Source: Heptranchias perlo
Taxonomy: Eukaryota
DNA: 64,000 nt
Assembly (NCBI RefSeq): GCF_035084215.1
Contig: NC_090327.1
Coordinates: 44,268,001 to 44,332,000, forward strand
Direction: 5' to 3'
Shown: positions 1 to 11,343 of the stretch, one piece after another
Layout: each line of letters begins with the position of its first letter
Numbering within the stretch: the first letter of the stretch is position 1
Translations under genes and position numbers: made by a program
The notes under the pieces: model-generated
The model's database searches: none
Seen by the model: only the letters and a program-made list of their open reading frames with translations
Told to the model about the DNA's origin: nothing

Positions 1-1757
1 GTATACCACATCCACTGCGTTACCCTCATCCACACGCCTAGTCACCCCCTCAAAAAATTCAATCAAATTAGTCAGACACGATCTTCCCTTGACAAAGCCA
101 TGTTGACTATCCCTGATTAATCCTTGCTTCTCCAAGTGGAGACTAATTTTGTCCTTCAGAATTTTTTCCAATAATTTTCCTACCACTGATGTTAGGCTCA
201 CTGGCCTGTAGTTCCCCGGTTTTTCCCTACTCCCCTTCTTGAATAATGGTACTACATTAGCGGTTCTCCAGTCCTCTGGCACATCCCCTGTGGCCAGAGA
301 GGTTCTGAATATATGTGTTAGAGCCCCCGCAATCTCCTCCTTTGCCTCACACAGTAGCCTGGGATACATTTCGTCCGGGCCTGGGGATTTATCCATTTTT
401 AGGCCTGCTAAAACCGCCAATACCTCCTCCCGCTCGATGTTAATATGTTCAAGTATATCACAGTCCCCCTGCCATATTTCTATGTCTACATCGTCCTTCT
501 CCATAATGAAAACAGATGCAAAAAATTCATTTAGAACCCCTCCTACATCTGCCGGCTCCACACACAGATTGCCATTTTTGTCCCTAATGGGCCCTATTTT
601 TTCCCTAGTCATCCTCTTACCCTTATTATACTTATAAAACATCTTAGGATTTTCCTTTATTTTGCTCGCCAGTGTTATTTCATGGCCCCTCCTTGATCTC
701 CTAATGTCATTTTTAAGTACCCCCCTGCACTTTTTGTACTCCTCTTGGGCTTCCTCCGTCTTTAGCCTTTTGTATCTGCCAAAAGCCCTCCTTTTTTTCC
801 TAATCCATTCTCGTATATCCCCTGACATCCAAGGTTCCCTGGAGTTCTTGGAACCACCCTTGACCTTTATGGGAACATGTTGCCATTGTATGGTCTCAAT
901 CTCCCTTCTGAAAGACTCCCATTGCTCCGATGCGGATTTTCCTACAAGCAGCTGATCCCAGTCCATTTTGGCCAGATCCTGCCTTATCCTATTAAAATCG
1001 TCCTTCCCCCAATTTAGAACCTTTATTTCCGGCCCCTCCCTGTCCTTTTCCATGACCACCTTAAATCTCACCGAATTATGGTCACTGTCACCAAAGTGCT
1101 CACCTACTAGCACTTCTTCCACTTGGCCGGCCACATTCCCTAGAATTAGATCCAGTACCGCCCCCTCTCTTGTAGGACTTTCTACATGCTGGCTCAAAAA
1201 GCTCTCCTGGATGCACGTTAAGAATTTTGTACCCTCTAAGCCTTTTACACTCTGAGTATCCCAGTTAATATTGGGGAAGTTGAAATCCCCCACTATTATT
1301 ACCCTATTATTTGCACAATTTTCTGAGATTTGCCTACATATCTGTTCCTCTATCTCCCCCTGACTGTTTGGGGGTCTATAGTACACTCCCATCAAAGTGC
1401 TTGCCCCCTTTTTGTTTTTAAGCTCCACCCATATGGCCTCATTAGAGGAACCTGCTAATATATCATCCCTCCTTATGGCGGTAATTGATTCTTTGATTAA
1501 TATTGCGACCCCCCTCCCCCTCTGTCTCGCCTGAAGATTCTGTACCCCGGAATATTGAGCTACCAGTCTTGCCCCTCCCTCAACCATGTCTCTGTGACAG
1601 CAACAATATCATACTCCCATGTGTTGATCAACACCTTCAGTTCATCCACCTTATTCGCAAGACTCCTTGCATTAAAATAGATGCCATCCAGCCTTGCCCT
1701 CACATATTTGCCCTGTCTTCCAAGCTGACTTGTTTTTTTCTCTATATTTGGCTGCAC
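1..1757 (-). pseudogene. CR1 ORF2 (APE endonuclease leading into RT), disrupted near its 5' end
   Basis: YFNARSLANK, DIVAVTETWL, GVYYRPP motifs; TAG at 1562-1560 and a frameshift near 1510-1520; downstream frame open wherever I translated it. Confidence 0.9.
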
Positions 1758-1804
1758 ATCACCCCCTATTGTAGCTCCACTCTGTATCCCATCCCCCTGC
1801 CAAG

Positions 1805-2758
1805 TTAGTTTAAACCCCCCCCCCCAACAGTGCTAGCAAACCTCCCCGCAAGGATATTTGTCCCGCTCTGGTTCAGGTGCAACCCGTCCGACTTGTACAA
1901 GTCCCACCTTCCCCAGAAGCAGGCCCAGTGATCCAGGAAACTGAAACCCTCCCTCCTGCACCAACTCTTTAGCCACGCATTCATCTGTTCTATCCTCCTA
2001 TTTCTATACTCACTCGCCCGTGGCACTGGGAGTAATCCAGAGATTACAACCTTTGAGGTCCTGCTCTTTAATCTGCTACCTAGCTCCCGAAATTCTTGAT
2101 GCAGGACCTCATCTCCCTTCCTACCTATGTCGTTGGTCCTGCTGTGGACCACGACCTCTGCCTGCTCACCCTCCCCCTTGAGAATGCCCTGTAGCCGCTC
2201 AGTGACATCCATGACCCTGGCACCAGGGAGGCAACAAACCATCCTGGAGTCACGTTTACGGCCACAGAAACGCCTGTCTGTTCCCCTTACGATAGAATCC
2301 CCTACCACTATAGCTCTTCCACTCTTTTTCCTCCCAGCCTGTGCAGCAGAGCTACCCCTGGTGCCAGGAAGTTGGCTGCTGCTGCCTTCCCCTGATAAGT
2401 CATCCCCCTCAACAATATCCAAAGCGGTATATTTATTTGAGAGGGGGACGGCCACAGGGGACCCCTGCACTGCCTGCCTGCTCCTCTTACTCTGCTTGGT
2501 GGTCACCCAGTTACTTCCTGCCTGTACAACCTTTACCTGCGGTGTGACCATCTCACTAAATGTGCTATCCACGACGTTCTCAGCATCGCGAATGCTCCTT
2601 AATGAATCCATCCGCAGCTCCAGTGCCGCAATGCGGTTTGTCAGTAGCTGCAGCTGGATACATTTCCCGCACACATGGTCGTCAGGGACACCGGAAGGGT
2701 CCCTGATTTCCCACATAGAGTAGGAAGAGCATAACACAGGGCTGGGCTGTCCTGACAT
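1805..2758 (-). CDS. CR1 ORF1p: zinc-finger/leucine-zipper N-terminus plus SGNH/GDSL esterase-like domain, 317 aa, uninterrupted
   Basis: CSSY...HVCGKC zinc motif (one Cys appears to be Tyr), IVVGDSIVRG, CLPGAR, TNDIG, DGLHLN motifs. Confidence 0.93.
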   Translation of the reverse strand: MSGQPSPVLCSSYSMWEIRDPSGVPDDHVCGKCIQLQLLTNRIAALELRMDSLRSIRDAENVVDSTFSEMVTPQVKVVQAGSNWVTTKQSKRSRQAVQGSPVAVPLSNKYTALDIVEGDDLSGEGSSSQLPGTRGSSAAQAGRKKSGRAIVVGDSIVRGTDRRFCGRKRDSRMVCCLPGARVMDVTERLQGILKGEGEQAEVVVHSRTNDIGRKGDEVLHQEFRELGSRLKSRTSKVVISGLLPVPRASEYRNRRIEQMNAWLKSWCRREGFSFLDHWACFWGRWDLYKSDGLHLNQSGTNILAGRFASTVGGGGLN

Positions 2759-3171
2759 GACTTACCCTTTAACTAATTAATTCAAATTAAATGAATCCCA
2801 CCAATTTCACTTCAATTAAAAGGTATACTCAAGGGCCCTTGCTGAACAGCAGTCCCCCACTACACAACAGAGACCCGAGAATCCACAGACTCTAACCTTA
2901 GACAAATTCAGCAGGAAAATACTCACCAGCCAATCACTTACCTCTTCCTTGGTGACGTCCCACTTGGATTACTTTTTGCTTCTTATTTATCTTAGGTCCA
3001 GGAGTTAAGTCCCTGTGATGTCGCACAGTAGTTGTCTCTTGGTGCAGGTCTGCTGCTGCTTTTATTCCACAATCTCAGTCTTCTACTCTCAGGTCCACTA
3101 CCGCTCTGCAGGAAAAGTTTGGAAAAGCAAGGCAAAGCAGCACCTCCTTCCCCCACTTCACCAAACTCCCA

Positions 3172-3236
3172 CACTTACCGAACTCTCAGCACACTGTGTA
3201 ATATCCGCACACAGTGTGCTGAGAGTTCGGTAAGTG
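3172..3236. repeat. Perfect 28-bp inverted repeat with 9-nt loop
   Basis: CACTTACCGAACTCTCAGCACACTGTGT (3172-3199) and its exact reverse complement (3209-3236). Confidence 0.97.
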
Positions 3237-3294
3237 ACAAAGTGGGACAAACTAAGGACACACCTAGCAGTCCAAAACTGGACATCCATGAATT

Positions 3295-3850
3295 ATATAT
3301 CACTTCAATCTGCAACCTCATGAGTCAGTATATCCCTCATTCCTCCATCACCATCAAGCCAGGATACCAACCATGGTTGAATGAGGAGTGCCAAAGGCCA
3401 TGGCAGAAGCAGGACTTGGCATACCTTGGAATGGGGCAACAATCTAGTGAAGCTACAGAACAAGGCTACCTGCATGCTAAACATCAAAAGCACTAGACTA
3501 TAGACAGAGCTAAGTGGTCCCACAACCAATGGATCAGAGTGAAGCACTGTTGATCATTCCCAGCCTCAACCATGGCCAAGCTCAGCACGTGAGTGCAAGA
3601 GACAAGGCTGAACAGTTTGCAAGCATCCAGCCAAATGTGCCAAGTGAATGATCCCACTCAGCCTCCCAAGGTCCCTACTATTATAAATGCCTGTATCCTA
3701 CCCAATTTGGTTCACTCCATGTGACATTTAGAAGTAGCTGAGTGCATTGGTCATAACATAGGCCAAAGTTCCTGACAACATCCCACTTGTATAGCTCCCG
3801 AAATACGCACCAGAAATATTTGCCGCCCCACCACCAAGCTGTTCCAATCC
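3295..3850 (+). mobile_element. Degraded internal fragment of LINE family B (CR1/L2 group)
   Basis: ICNLMSQYIPHSSITIKPGYQPWLNEEC matches ICNLMARHIPHSTITNKPGNQPWFNEDC in the 25335-28410 element. Confidence 0.85.
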
Positions 3851-4834
3851 AAAAAGGAAAAATCTAGTTCTGTGTGTTTTCTTTCTGTGCAACTCATAAA
3901 AGTAGAGTGATCCCCCCCTTTTTTAAAAATATAAACATTATTAAAAGATGCACGTCTCTGATATTAATTTTCCATCACCATCCCAGTACTGCTGGTAAAC
4001 CACATAAAGAAACTGCAGAATTCTATTCTTTATATTGATTGGCCAGAAATGACTTTTAGTTGTCTGACATTTTAATCACAAAACTGTTTCATAGCAGTTC
4101 GATCATGATTGTGAAACTTCATATAATGCAATTTTTGCTACAAAATTGTATCTGAGAAAACTTTATTAATTTCATATATCAAGTTCAGAGTAGCCATCTG
4201 TTCACTCTGTGCTAGCTTCTGCCTCCATCTGTCCTGCTTCTTTTGCTTCTCTGATGGCAAGGGCTCAGATGATGGGGAAGTTTCGCTCTGACTTTTTATT
4301 TGTCACTCATCATAAGCCAGCTGCACGTATTTAATAAACAGCCTGCTGCAACTGGTGTTGTTGAATTTCAATCTCTATGGCTCTTTATCCTGTAAATAGA
4401 CTAAAATTCCAGATTGTATGTTGCATACAGTGTGCTCTACTTTACTAGCTCTAATTTGACTGCCACTGCAATCTCATAAATATGGATTAGTCAGAACATG
4501 TCCTAGATATTATTAGAAATTGAACTGTACAGCCGGACCTTGAATTCCAGGTGGGAACCATAATACAAATTGGGAATGTAGGTGCAATATACTCAGCTTT
4601 GCATGAGAGGTAGAAAAGTAAAAAATGTGCTTGTGCAATCCTAAAAAGAATTTGTGAAATACATATGTGAGCATCATGGCCAGAAGTCAGATGATAATTA
4701 AAATCTCCACACTTCTTCTGGCTTCCTTATAGTCAACATCGTAAATGGAGACCTTTATCTTTTCTTTTCTCACCGCCAACCATAATCTGTTGTATTTATG
4801 TTACATATTTAGAATGTATATTTAAACACAAATG

Positions 4835-5105
4835 TGTAGCTTATGTCAGCCAGGCTGACTGTAGGATGCTACAATTAAATTCAGCATTTCTGGGTTAAGG
4901 AGCAGAGAAATCAGCCTATTATCCCATTCGTGATCGCTATCCAGTGATTGCATTTGGCCATGATGCTCCTTTGGTCAAATGCTCTGTCTATGCTCACTGT
5001 CTCGGTTCACACATGAAGAATGCCACTTGGGCAAAGTATGGAAAACAGCCAGCACCTGTGAAACCATACACCAGATTGAGTCAGTCCCTTGAAGAGAGGA
5101 AGGGA
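4835..5105 (+). repeat. SINE-like interspersed repeat; a related fragment lies on the minus strand at ~49150-49250
   Basis: AAATCAGCC...TGATCGCTATCCAGTGA segment resembles the reverse complement of 49205-49250. Confidence 0.5.
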
Positions 5106-7802
5106 TTTGGAAACAAATGTGAATATATTAAAGTCAAATTTGTTTTTGTCATCTTACAAAAGTGGAGCTACGAAAAATATTGACCAGTTCTTAGACTAAA
5201 AATTTTAAATATTACAAGAAAATATAGTTTATCCTTAGCTATGTATATAGGAAAAAAAACAGCATTATCTATTGGGAATGGTTGCTGCATCTGTTCTTGA
5301 CCACTTTGTCATTGGCAACATTTGAAAACTTATCATCTTGATAGAAAAAAAGCCACTTTTTAAAGAAATATTGCAAAGTCTCTACCATAAATCCTGATAG
5401 CCTTCATCTGTACAAACCAGCTTGTAGGTAGAAATTTAAGGATCAAACATTTGTGGCCATAACTGATGGGAGTGCAGCGGAAGTTCCGCAAATTAGACCA
5501 GGATCTGGATATGCCAGGTTCCAGCCTTTCCCTGGAGTTTCTGCTAGATCTTGTCCGCTTCACACAAGGTCAGTGGCATAGGAGGGGGGTGTAGCCAGGA
5601 ACAGGTATTCCCAGGCTGGGGTTTCCATTGTGGTAGCCTGGTAATGCCGATACGCCAAGTGAAAGTAGGCATATCAGCCGCTGGAGTGGTGCACGTGGGG
5701 CCTATTTAGGAGTCCAGGCCTGGATTGTGGCCTGGACCCCTGAAGGTGGCAGGTCGAATTTTAAGATTAAGGTCTCAAAGGGCACTTCTGGTATCTTTCC
5801 AAGGGGAGGGGGAAGCACACCTCTGGACTTGGCACACTTGGCCTAGGACATGGATGACCTCCCTCAACCCCACAATCCTTGGCAGGGTAAACGCAGATGT
5901 CACAGGCAGTCACATCCATCACATATACCAGGAAGCCAGGGCTGTGGCTTTGAAGTCTCATTGTTTCAGGTGTAATGGTGAATTATGATTACTCCATATT
6001 TTTTAAGCTTCAGTTCAATGGATATTGCAACTGTGTATTTTGCTATAGACAGTTTAAAAATGTTATCAAACTTTAAAGAATTGTTCATTTTACTCACGTA
6101 TCCATTTTTATTTGCGTTTTTAAGGATTCTTCTCATTCATTCTCAAAATCAGTACCGTTTTGTTCTCTATCAGTGATAGATTATATTATGTATGCTGTTC
6201 CATCAAATTGTTTATTGGGAACTTTGAGAAAGATCTTTTTTCTGTAAAATATTAACATCAGCATAAGGACCACGATACATTTATTTGCTGGTGGAAAGTG
6301 AAATAACCACCATCAAATGGATCTGCAGAAACTTTTGGCATGTTTCTATGATGCTAGCATTCTATTTTGGCTGGAACATGGGAGGAAGAAAAGGTAAAAA
6401 TGGAGCAGGAAGTTAAAATAGACAATTAACCCCATACCTCTAATGAGATAAATTGAAATTATGTTTTAAAATTGCAGTATTCAAAGGCATGCCAGGATAT
6501 GGGGTCTGCAATTTATTTTTTCCAACATGAGATTGGTAGATTGGCACCACCAATCTCATTATATGTTAGGGAAAAACAAACGTGTTGGAAAAACTTACTG
6601 CCCCTGGGGTAATGTTAATAGTACCATTGGTTCAAGACCTATGTAATACTTAGCATATACTTATAGTACAATTTTATATTTTCAGTGATGCTAAAGTTCC
6701 AATATAGCTCCCAGTCTGACTCAAAGGGGAATGGTGTGAAACTGCCTGGAGCTGGGCAGTCTTACCTTACTTGTGTTTTGACATCCTATGGAGTATGATT
6801 CAATTGTGATGTCAAAGTCTGTTGGATCTCCTGAACACTTAATAAATTTACCTAGACCTTACTTAAATGTATTGAGAGCGCGCTCAAGCTTGGCTGCGAT
6901 TGTGACGTTTAAAGTTTAACAGCCTGGAATGAAGCTCTGCGCATGCTTATAAGCATGAGTGCATTTGAAGAGCTGTCTCATGAATCTGACTCTGAATTAC
7001 AGCCAGGCAGTAGTAGAAGCAAGTTACCGCCTGATGCAATTGGAGAGGTAAGGGCTCATGGGGTTGGGGTTAATATATAAGCATGGATAGAGGACTGGTT
7101 AAAGGACAGAAAACAGAGAGTAGGAATAAAGGGGTCATTCTCAGGTTGGCAGGCTGTAACTAGTGGGGTGCCGCAAGGATCAGTGCTTGGGTCTCATTTA
7201 CAATCTATATTAATGACTTAGATGAAGGGACTGAGTGTAATGTGTCCAAGTTTTCTGATGATACAAAGCAAGATGAGAAAGTAAGCTGTGAGGAGGACAC
7301 AAAGGGCTCGATTTTAAAATGGAACTGCGGGTGCGTTGGAGGTGGGGGGTTGGGGGGAGAAGGAAATCTTTCCAGGAGTTTGCAGAAATCCTGGCTCCAA
7401 CATGCCTAAGAACACGCACGACCTAGAGTCATCTGGGTACGCACGCTGTTCCCGAACCTGGAAGTCACACCGGCAATTAAAGCCGGAGGGACAATATTTA
7501 AACAAGCAATTCAAGTACTAGAAGTACTTGAAATGTACATGAATCTAATTAAGAGTGAAGGCAAGCAATTTCAATGCTGCCTCAGCGCGTTTCAGCCGGC
7601 AGCCATTTGGACATTTAAATCCCTGTTTGACAAATGGGGATAAAAGGTGAGTTATTGCAGAAGGACACTCAATTCTCTCAGACAAACTTTTGGTTGGGAG
7701 ATCTTTGTGTTTAGACTGAAAATATTTGTTTTTCACTCAGAATTGTTCAGTTTACAAATATTTGCCAACTTTTCGGACCCCCTCAAACTGACACCATCAG
7801 GG

Positions 7803-9039
7803 TCGGGGGTGCAATGGCTGCTTTCACCAGTACATCTGAGGACGAGCAACCATCGCCATCCTCGCCAGGCACGGCGTGCACCTCCGCTACTTGGAGCTCC
7901 ACAACACTGTGCTGCGCCACAGGCATCTGCACAAGAGCACAGAGGGGAACAACAGAGGGAGCAATGTCATGGGAGGCACTACCCACGTCAAAGGGTCTAC
8001 AGACCGAGGCTCAGCTTCCTGGACCTCTCTGAAGAGCAGTGCATACGGAGGCTGAGAGTGAGTTGCCAGGTGGTCGCAGACATCTGCAGCTTCCTACAAG
8101 CCGAGCTACTCCCGGCTGGGCCTGGCGGCATCTCATAACCCGTCGCTGTTAAAGTCACCACTGCCCTCAACTTCTTCGCGTCTGGATCGTTCCAGGGTGC
8201 CAATGGTGATATTGCCGGGGTCTCTCAGTCATCTGCACACAAATGCATAAGGCAGGCCACCGACGGCTTGTTTTGCAGGGCCTCGAAATATGTCAATTTC
8301 CCCATGGACGACCTCAGCCAAACAGAGAGAGCAGTGGGATTCCACTCTATGGCTGGCTTCCCACGTATACAGGGTTCAATTGATTGCACACAAATAGCAA
8401 TCCGAGCACCTCCAAATGAGCCAGGACTGTTCATCAACAGAAAGGGGTATCACTCCATCAACGCTCAGCTCATTTGTGTCCACCGCAAAAGATTTCTTCA
8501 CGTGTGCACCAGATTCCCTGGCAGCTGCCATGATTCATTCATCCTGAGGGAATCCAACATCCCGGGCCTCTTCCAAACACTAAACACCCTTAAGGGCTGG
8601 CTTCTCGAGGACAAGGAATACCCACTGCACACATGGTTCATGACACCTCTGGGGAACCCCATCAGCGAGCAACAGCGTCGATACAATGACAGCCACATCG
8701 CAACCAGGTCTATAATTAAACATGCGATAGGACTGCTGAAGATGTGATTTCAGTGCCTCAATCATTCTGGGGGAGCGCTTCAACACGCACCAGCGAGAGT
8801 GGGTCCCCTTATAGTAGTGTGTTGTGCCCTGCACAACATGGCGCAACAGAGAGGGGTACCGGTTGCTGGCTCCATGCCCTCATCCAGCATCTACATCTGC
8901 AATCAACATTGAGGAGCAGCAGAAGGAGGAGGAGCAGGAGCAGGAGGAGGAGGAGGACGACGAACCCATGGGCAGAGCAGCGGCTCACCTGGCTGCTTGT
9001 GAGGCCAGGGAGTCACTCATATGTGAACGGTTCTCGTAA
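7803..9039 (+). pseudogene. Harbinger (HARBI1-like) DDE transposase, inactivated
   Basis: PVAVKVTTALNFFASGSFQ, AGFPRIQGSIDCTQI, NRKGYHSINAQL, PGSCHDSFIL, WLLEDKEYP, CCALHN, acidic tail; stops at 8136-8138 and 8745-8747 plus frameshifts. Confidence 0.93.
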
Positions 9040-9220
9040 GATCAGAAAGTGAGAAAAGTCCAGACTCACACCACCAGGAAAGAGCAGCGCCAACACCAGC
9101 ACCGCCCCCCCCCGCACAAAACAGTCCTGTAATTACACAGACACGCTTTGTAAAGTGACCCACTGGGTGGCATCATGTTCATGATGAAGCAGATGAAAGG
9201 GCGCTATCACAAAAGTCAGT

Positions 9221-9341
9221 CAAGAATGTGCACAACATGGCAGTAGTGGTGAGAATGATAACATTTAATGTGACTTTAACAAGAATGTGCACAACATGGC
9301 AGTAGTGGTGAGAATGATAACATTTAATGTGACTTTAACAA
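9221..9341. repeat. Perfect tandem duplication of 59 bp inside H1
   Basis: CAAGAATGTGCACAACATGG...GACTTTAA at 9221-9279 and 9280-9338. Confidence 0.95.
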
Positions 9342-9403
9342 ATACCAAATATAAATGAAAAACACGACAGTCTGTCAGACATCCTTCTGCATACCCTTCG
9401 TGC

Positions 9404-11343
9404 TCACAAATCCTTAGCCTTTCTCTTCCTACCGCTTCTACGTGGTGCATCCCCTGTGGCTGCAGCAGAGGTAGTGGCAGGTTGCTCATGTCCATGCCCT
9501 GATTGCTTAGATGCTTTCGGCCTACGCTCTCTGGGTTTTGGAGCCCGTGAGGACCCCTCCAAAGACTGCTCCACCCGCACCTGTGCTGGGGCAGTCTCGG
9601 CTGTTGGAGAAGAGGCAGCATTGCGGATACTGGTTGAGAGGGGGGCAACAGGTGAGACATGGGAACGCTTTGAGTGGCGTCCCCACTTCCATGTCCCCTT
9701 TCACCATTATCCCTCCCCTGGACCAGGCCACATCACTCTTACCACTCTGCTGGAGAACAGTTTGGAAGACATGTATGATGCCTTGGAAGCTCAGTTGTAA
9801 AGTTTCTGTCTGCCTGTTTAAGGCGGCAGAATGTTGTTCACCGTGAGTCCGAACAGCTGTTGTCAGGGTCTGAATGGACTCATCTGTGAGCCATGCTTGA
9901 AGCTCAATGGAGGCTAGCCTTCTCTCCATCGCAGACATTCCCGCACTTACCTGCGACACTATCTCAGACATTTCTGCAGTCACGTACGACGCTATCTCAG
10001 ACAGTTGCTCACGTCCCTGTGACACTATCTCATACCTGTGCCACCATTCCACTAATGCAGAAGTTGGATGCCTCCATCCTCTGTGCTATTGTGGAGAGTT
10101 TGTGTGGGATCTGTTCCAGTACCTCGCAAATGCGCTGCTGTCCCTCAATCATTCTCCTTTTAAAGAACGGCCCTGGAGTTCAGCATCTCCGTCCAGCTGA
10201 GCAGAGCCTGGAGAGGAGTGTGCCCACCCGACACGGACTCTCCACAGCTGCTCCTGCCACCAGTGTCTGCTCGTGCTCACTTGTGTGTGGTGACTCACCA
10301 GGTGCCAAACCAACTAACTGACTACTAGGACCCACCGAGGTGTGAGTATCTGCGTTGGTGGATGGCTCGCAAAGATATGATGGTGTGCCCTCCGAGGCCG
10401 TGAGCTTCTCTGAGGAATCGCGCTCTGTTGTCACTGCGGTCGTTGAAGGGCCTGTAAGAGAACAGAAGGCAATATTAAGCATTGTCACAGATGTGTCATG
10501 TTGCGATGAGCGTACTGAGGTGTTCAACATGCCAAGCATTGTTAACATCAATTCATGTTGTGTGTGATGAATGTTAAAGTTGTGTCACCAGATCTTTGTG
10601 GGGTGCCAGTCTCGGCGTCCCCGACGGACAGGCACTCGAGGGTGCGGCTGATCTCCAGGGCCTCCTCCTCCACATCTGTGAGGACCACTATTTGTTGTCG
10701 CGCCCCCCCCCCCTCCAATCCTCACCCTCTCGTGAGCATTTTGCGCTTTCTTCTCCTAGAAGGGGAGAAAGTACAGACATATGGGTGAGTGATGGTGAAG
10801 TGGCCAAATGATGAATGCATGAATGCATTGGTTTGGGTGAGGCTGACCATGAAAGATGTGCATCAGAGGGTGAGTATGAGACAGAAATATCACATTGGAT
10901 CAGGATTGGGGTGAGTGGTAGTGGTGGGGTCACAAATGGGGAGGTGAGGAAGTGCTGAGGAAGTGCAGGTAAGTTGAGGATGAGCCTTAAGTGGGTGTGA
11001 GGAGTGATGTGATGGAGTAGTCTTGAAGTGCAGAATGAGTTGGGGGGTTGGAGGAGTGTTGATGTGCACTATGGAATGCAGGAGAATCAGTAAGTGTACT
11101 CACTTTTGCTGACTTAGTTATGTCATTGAAATGCTTCCTGCACTGGACCCAAGTGCGGCAGATGTTGCTCCTGCTGGTGACCTCCTCTGCCACCTCGAGC
11201 CAGGCCTTCTTGGTGGCAGAGGCAGGGCACTTCCTCCTGTCAGCTGGGTAAAATAGTTCCCTCCTCCTCCTCACCCCGGCCAGTAGCAGCTGAAGTGAGG
11301 CATCGCTGAATCTTGGAGCAGCCTTGCCCCTGTGCTGCTCCAC
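9404..11343 (-). pseudogene. Harbinger Myb/SANT-like (NAIF1/MSANTD-like) DNA-binding protein, 3 exons (11343-11104, 10755-10589, 10451-9404)
   Basis: KAAPRFSD...KKAWLEVAEEV...RTWVQCRKHFNDI; GT-AG introns at the same positions in three copies; start appears as GTG; frameshifts in exons 2 and 3. Confidence 0.9.

Larger units (their letters stand above)
1..3236 (-). mobile_element. Young CR1-clade LINE, 5' half (5'UTR, ORF1, start of ORF2); runs off the left edge
   Basis: Minus-strand esterase ORF1 followed by APE endonuclease and RT-proximal peptides (EFFEGVTRRVDEGNAVDVVY at window edge). Confidence 0.95.

Noticed and set aside
239-2723. Plus-strand ORFs (132, 97, 95, 101, 198 aa)
   Set aside because: Antisense shadows of CR1 ORF1/ORF2.
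8268-8747. Domesticated host HARBI1 gene
   Set aside because: Lies within TIR/TSD-bounded element and has stops, frameshifts and altered catalytic-region motifs.
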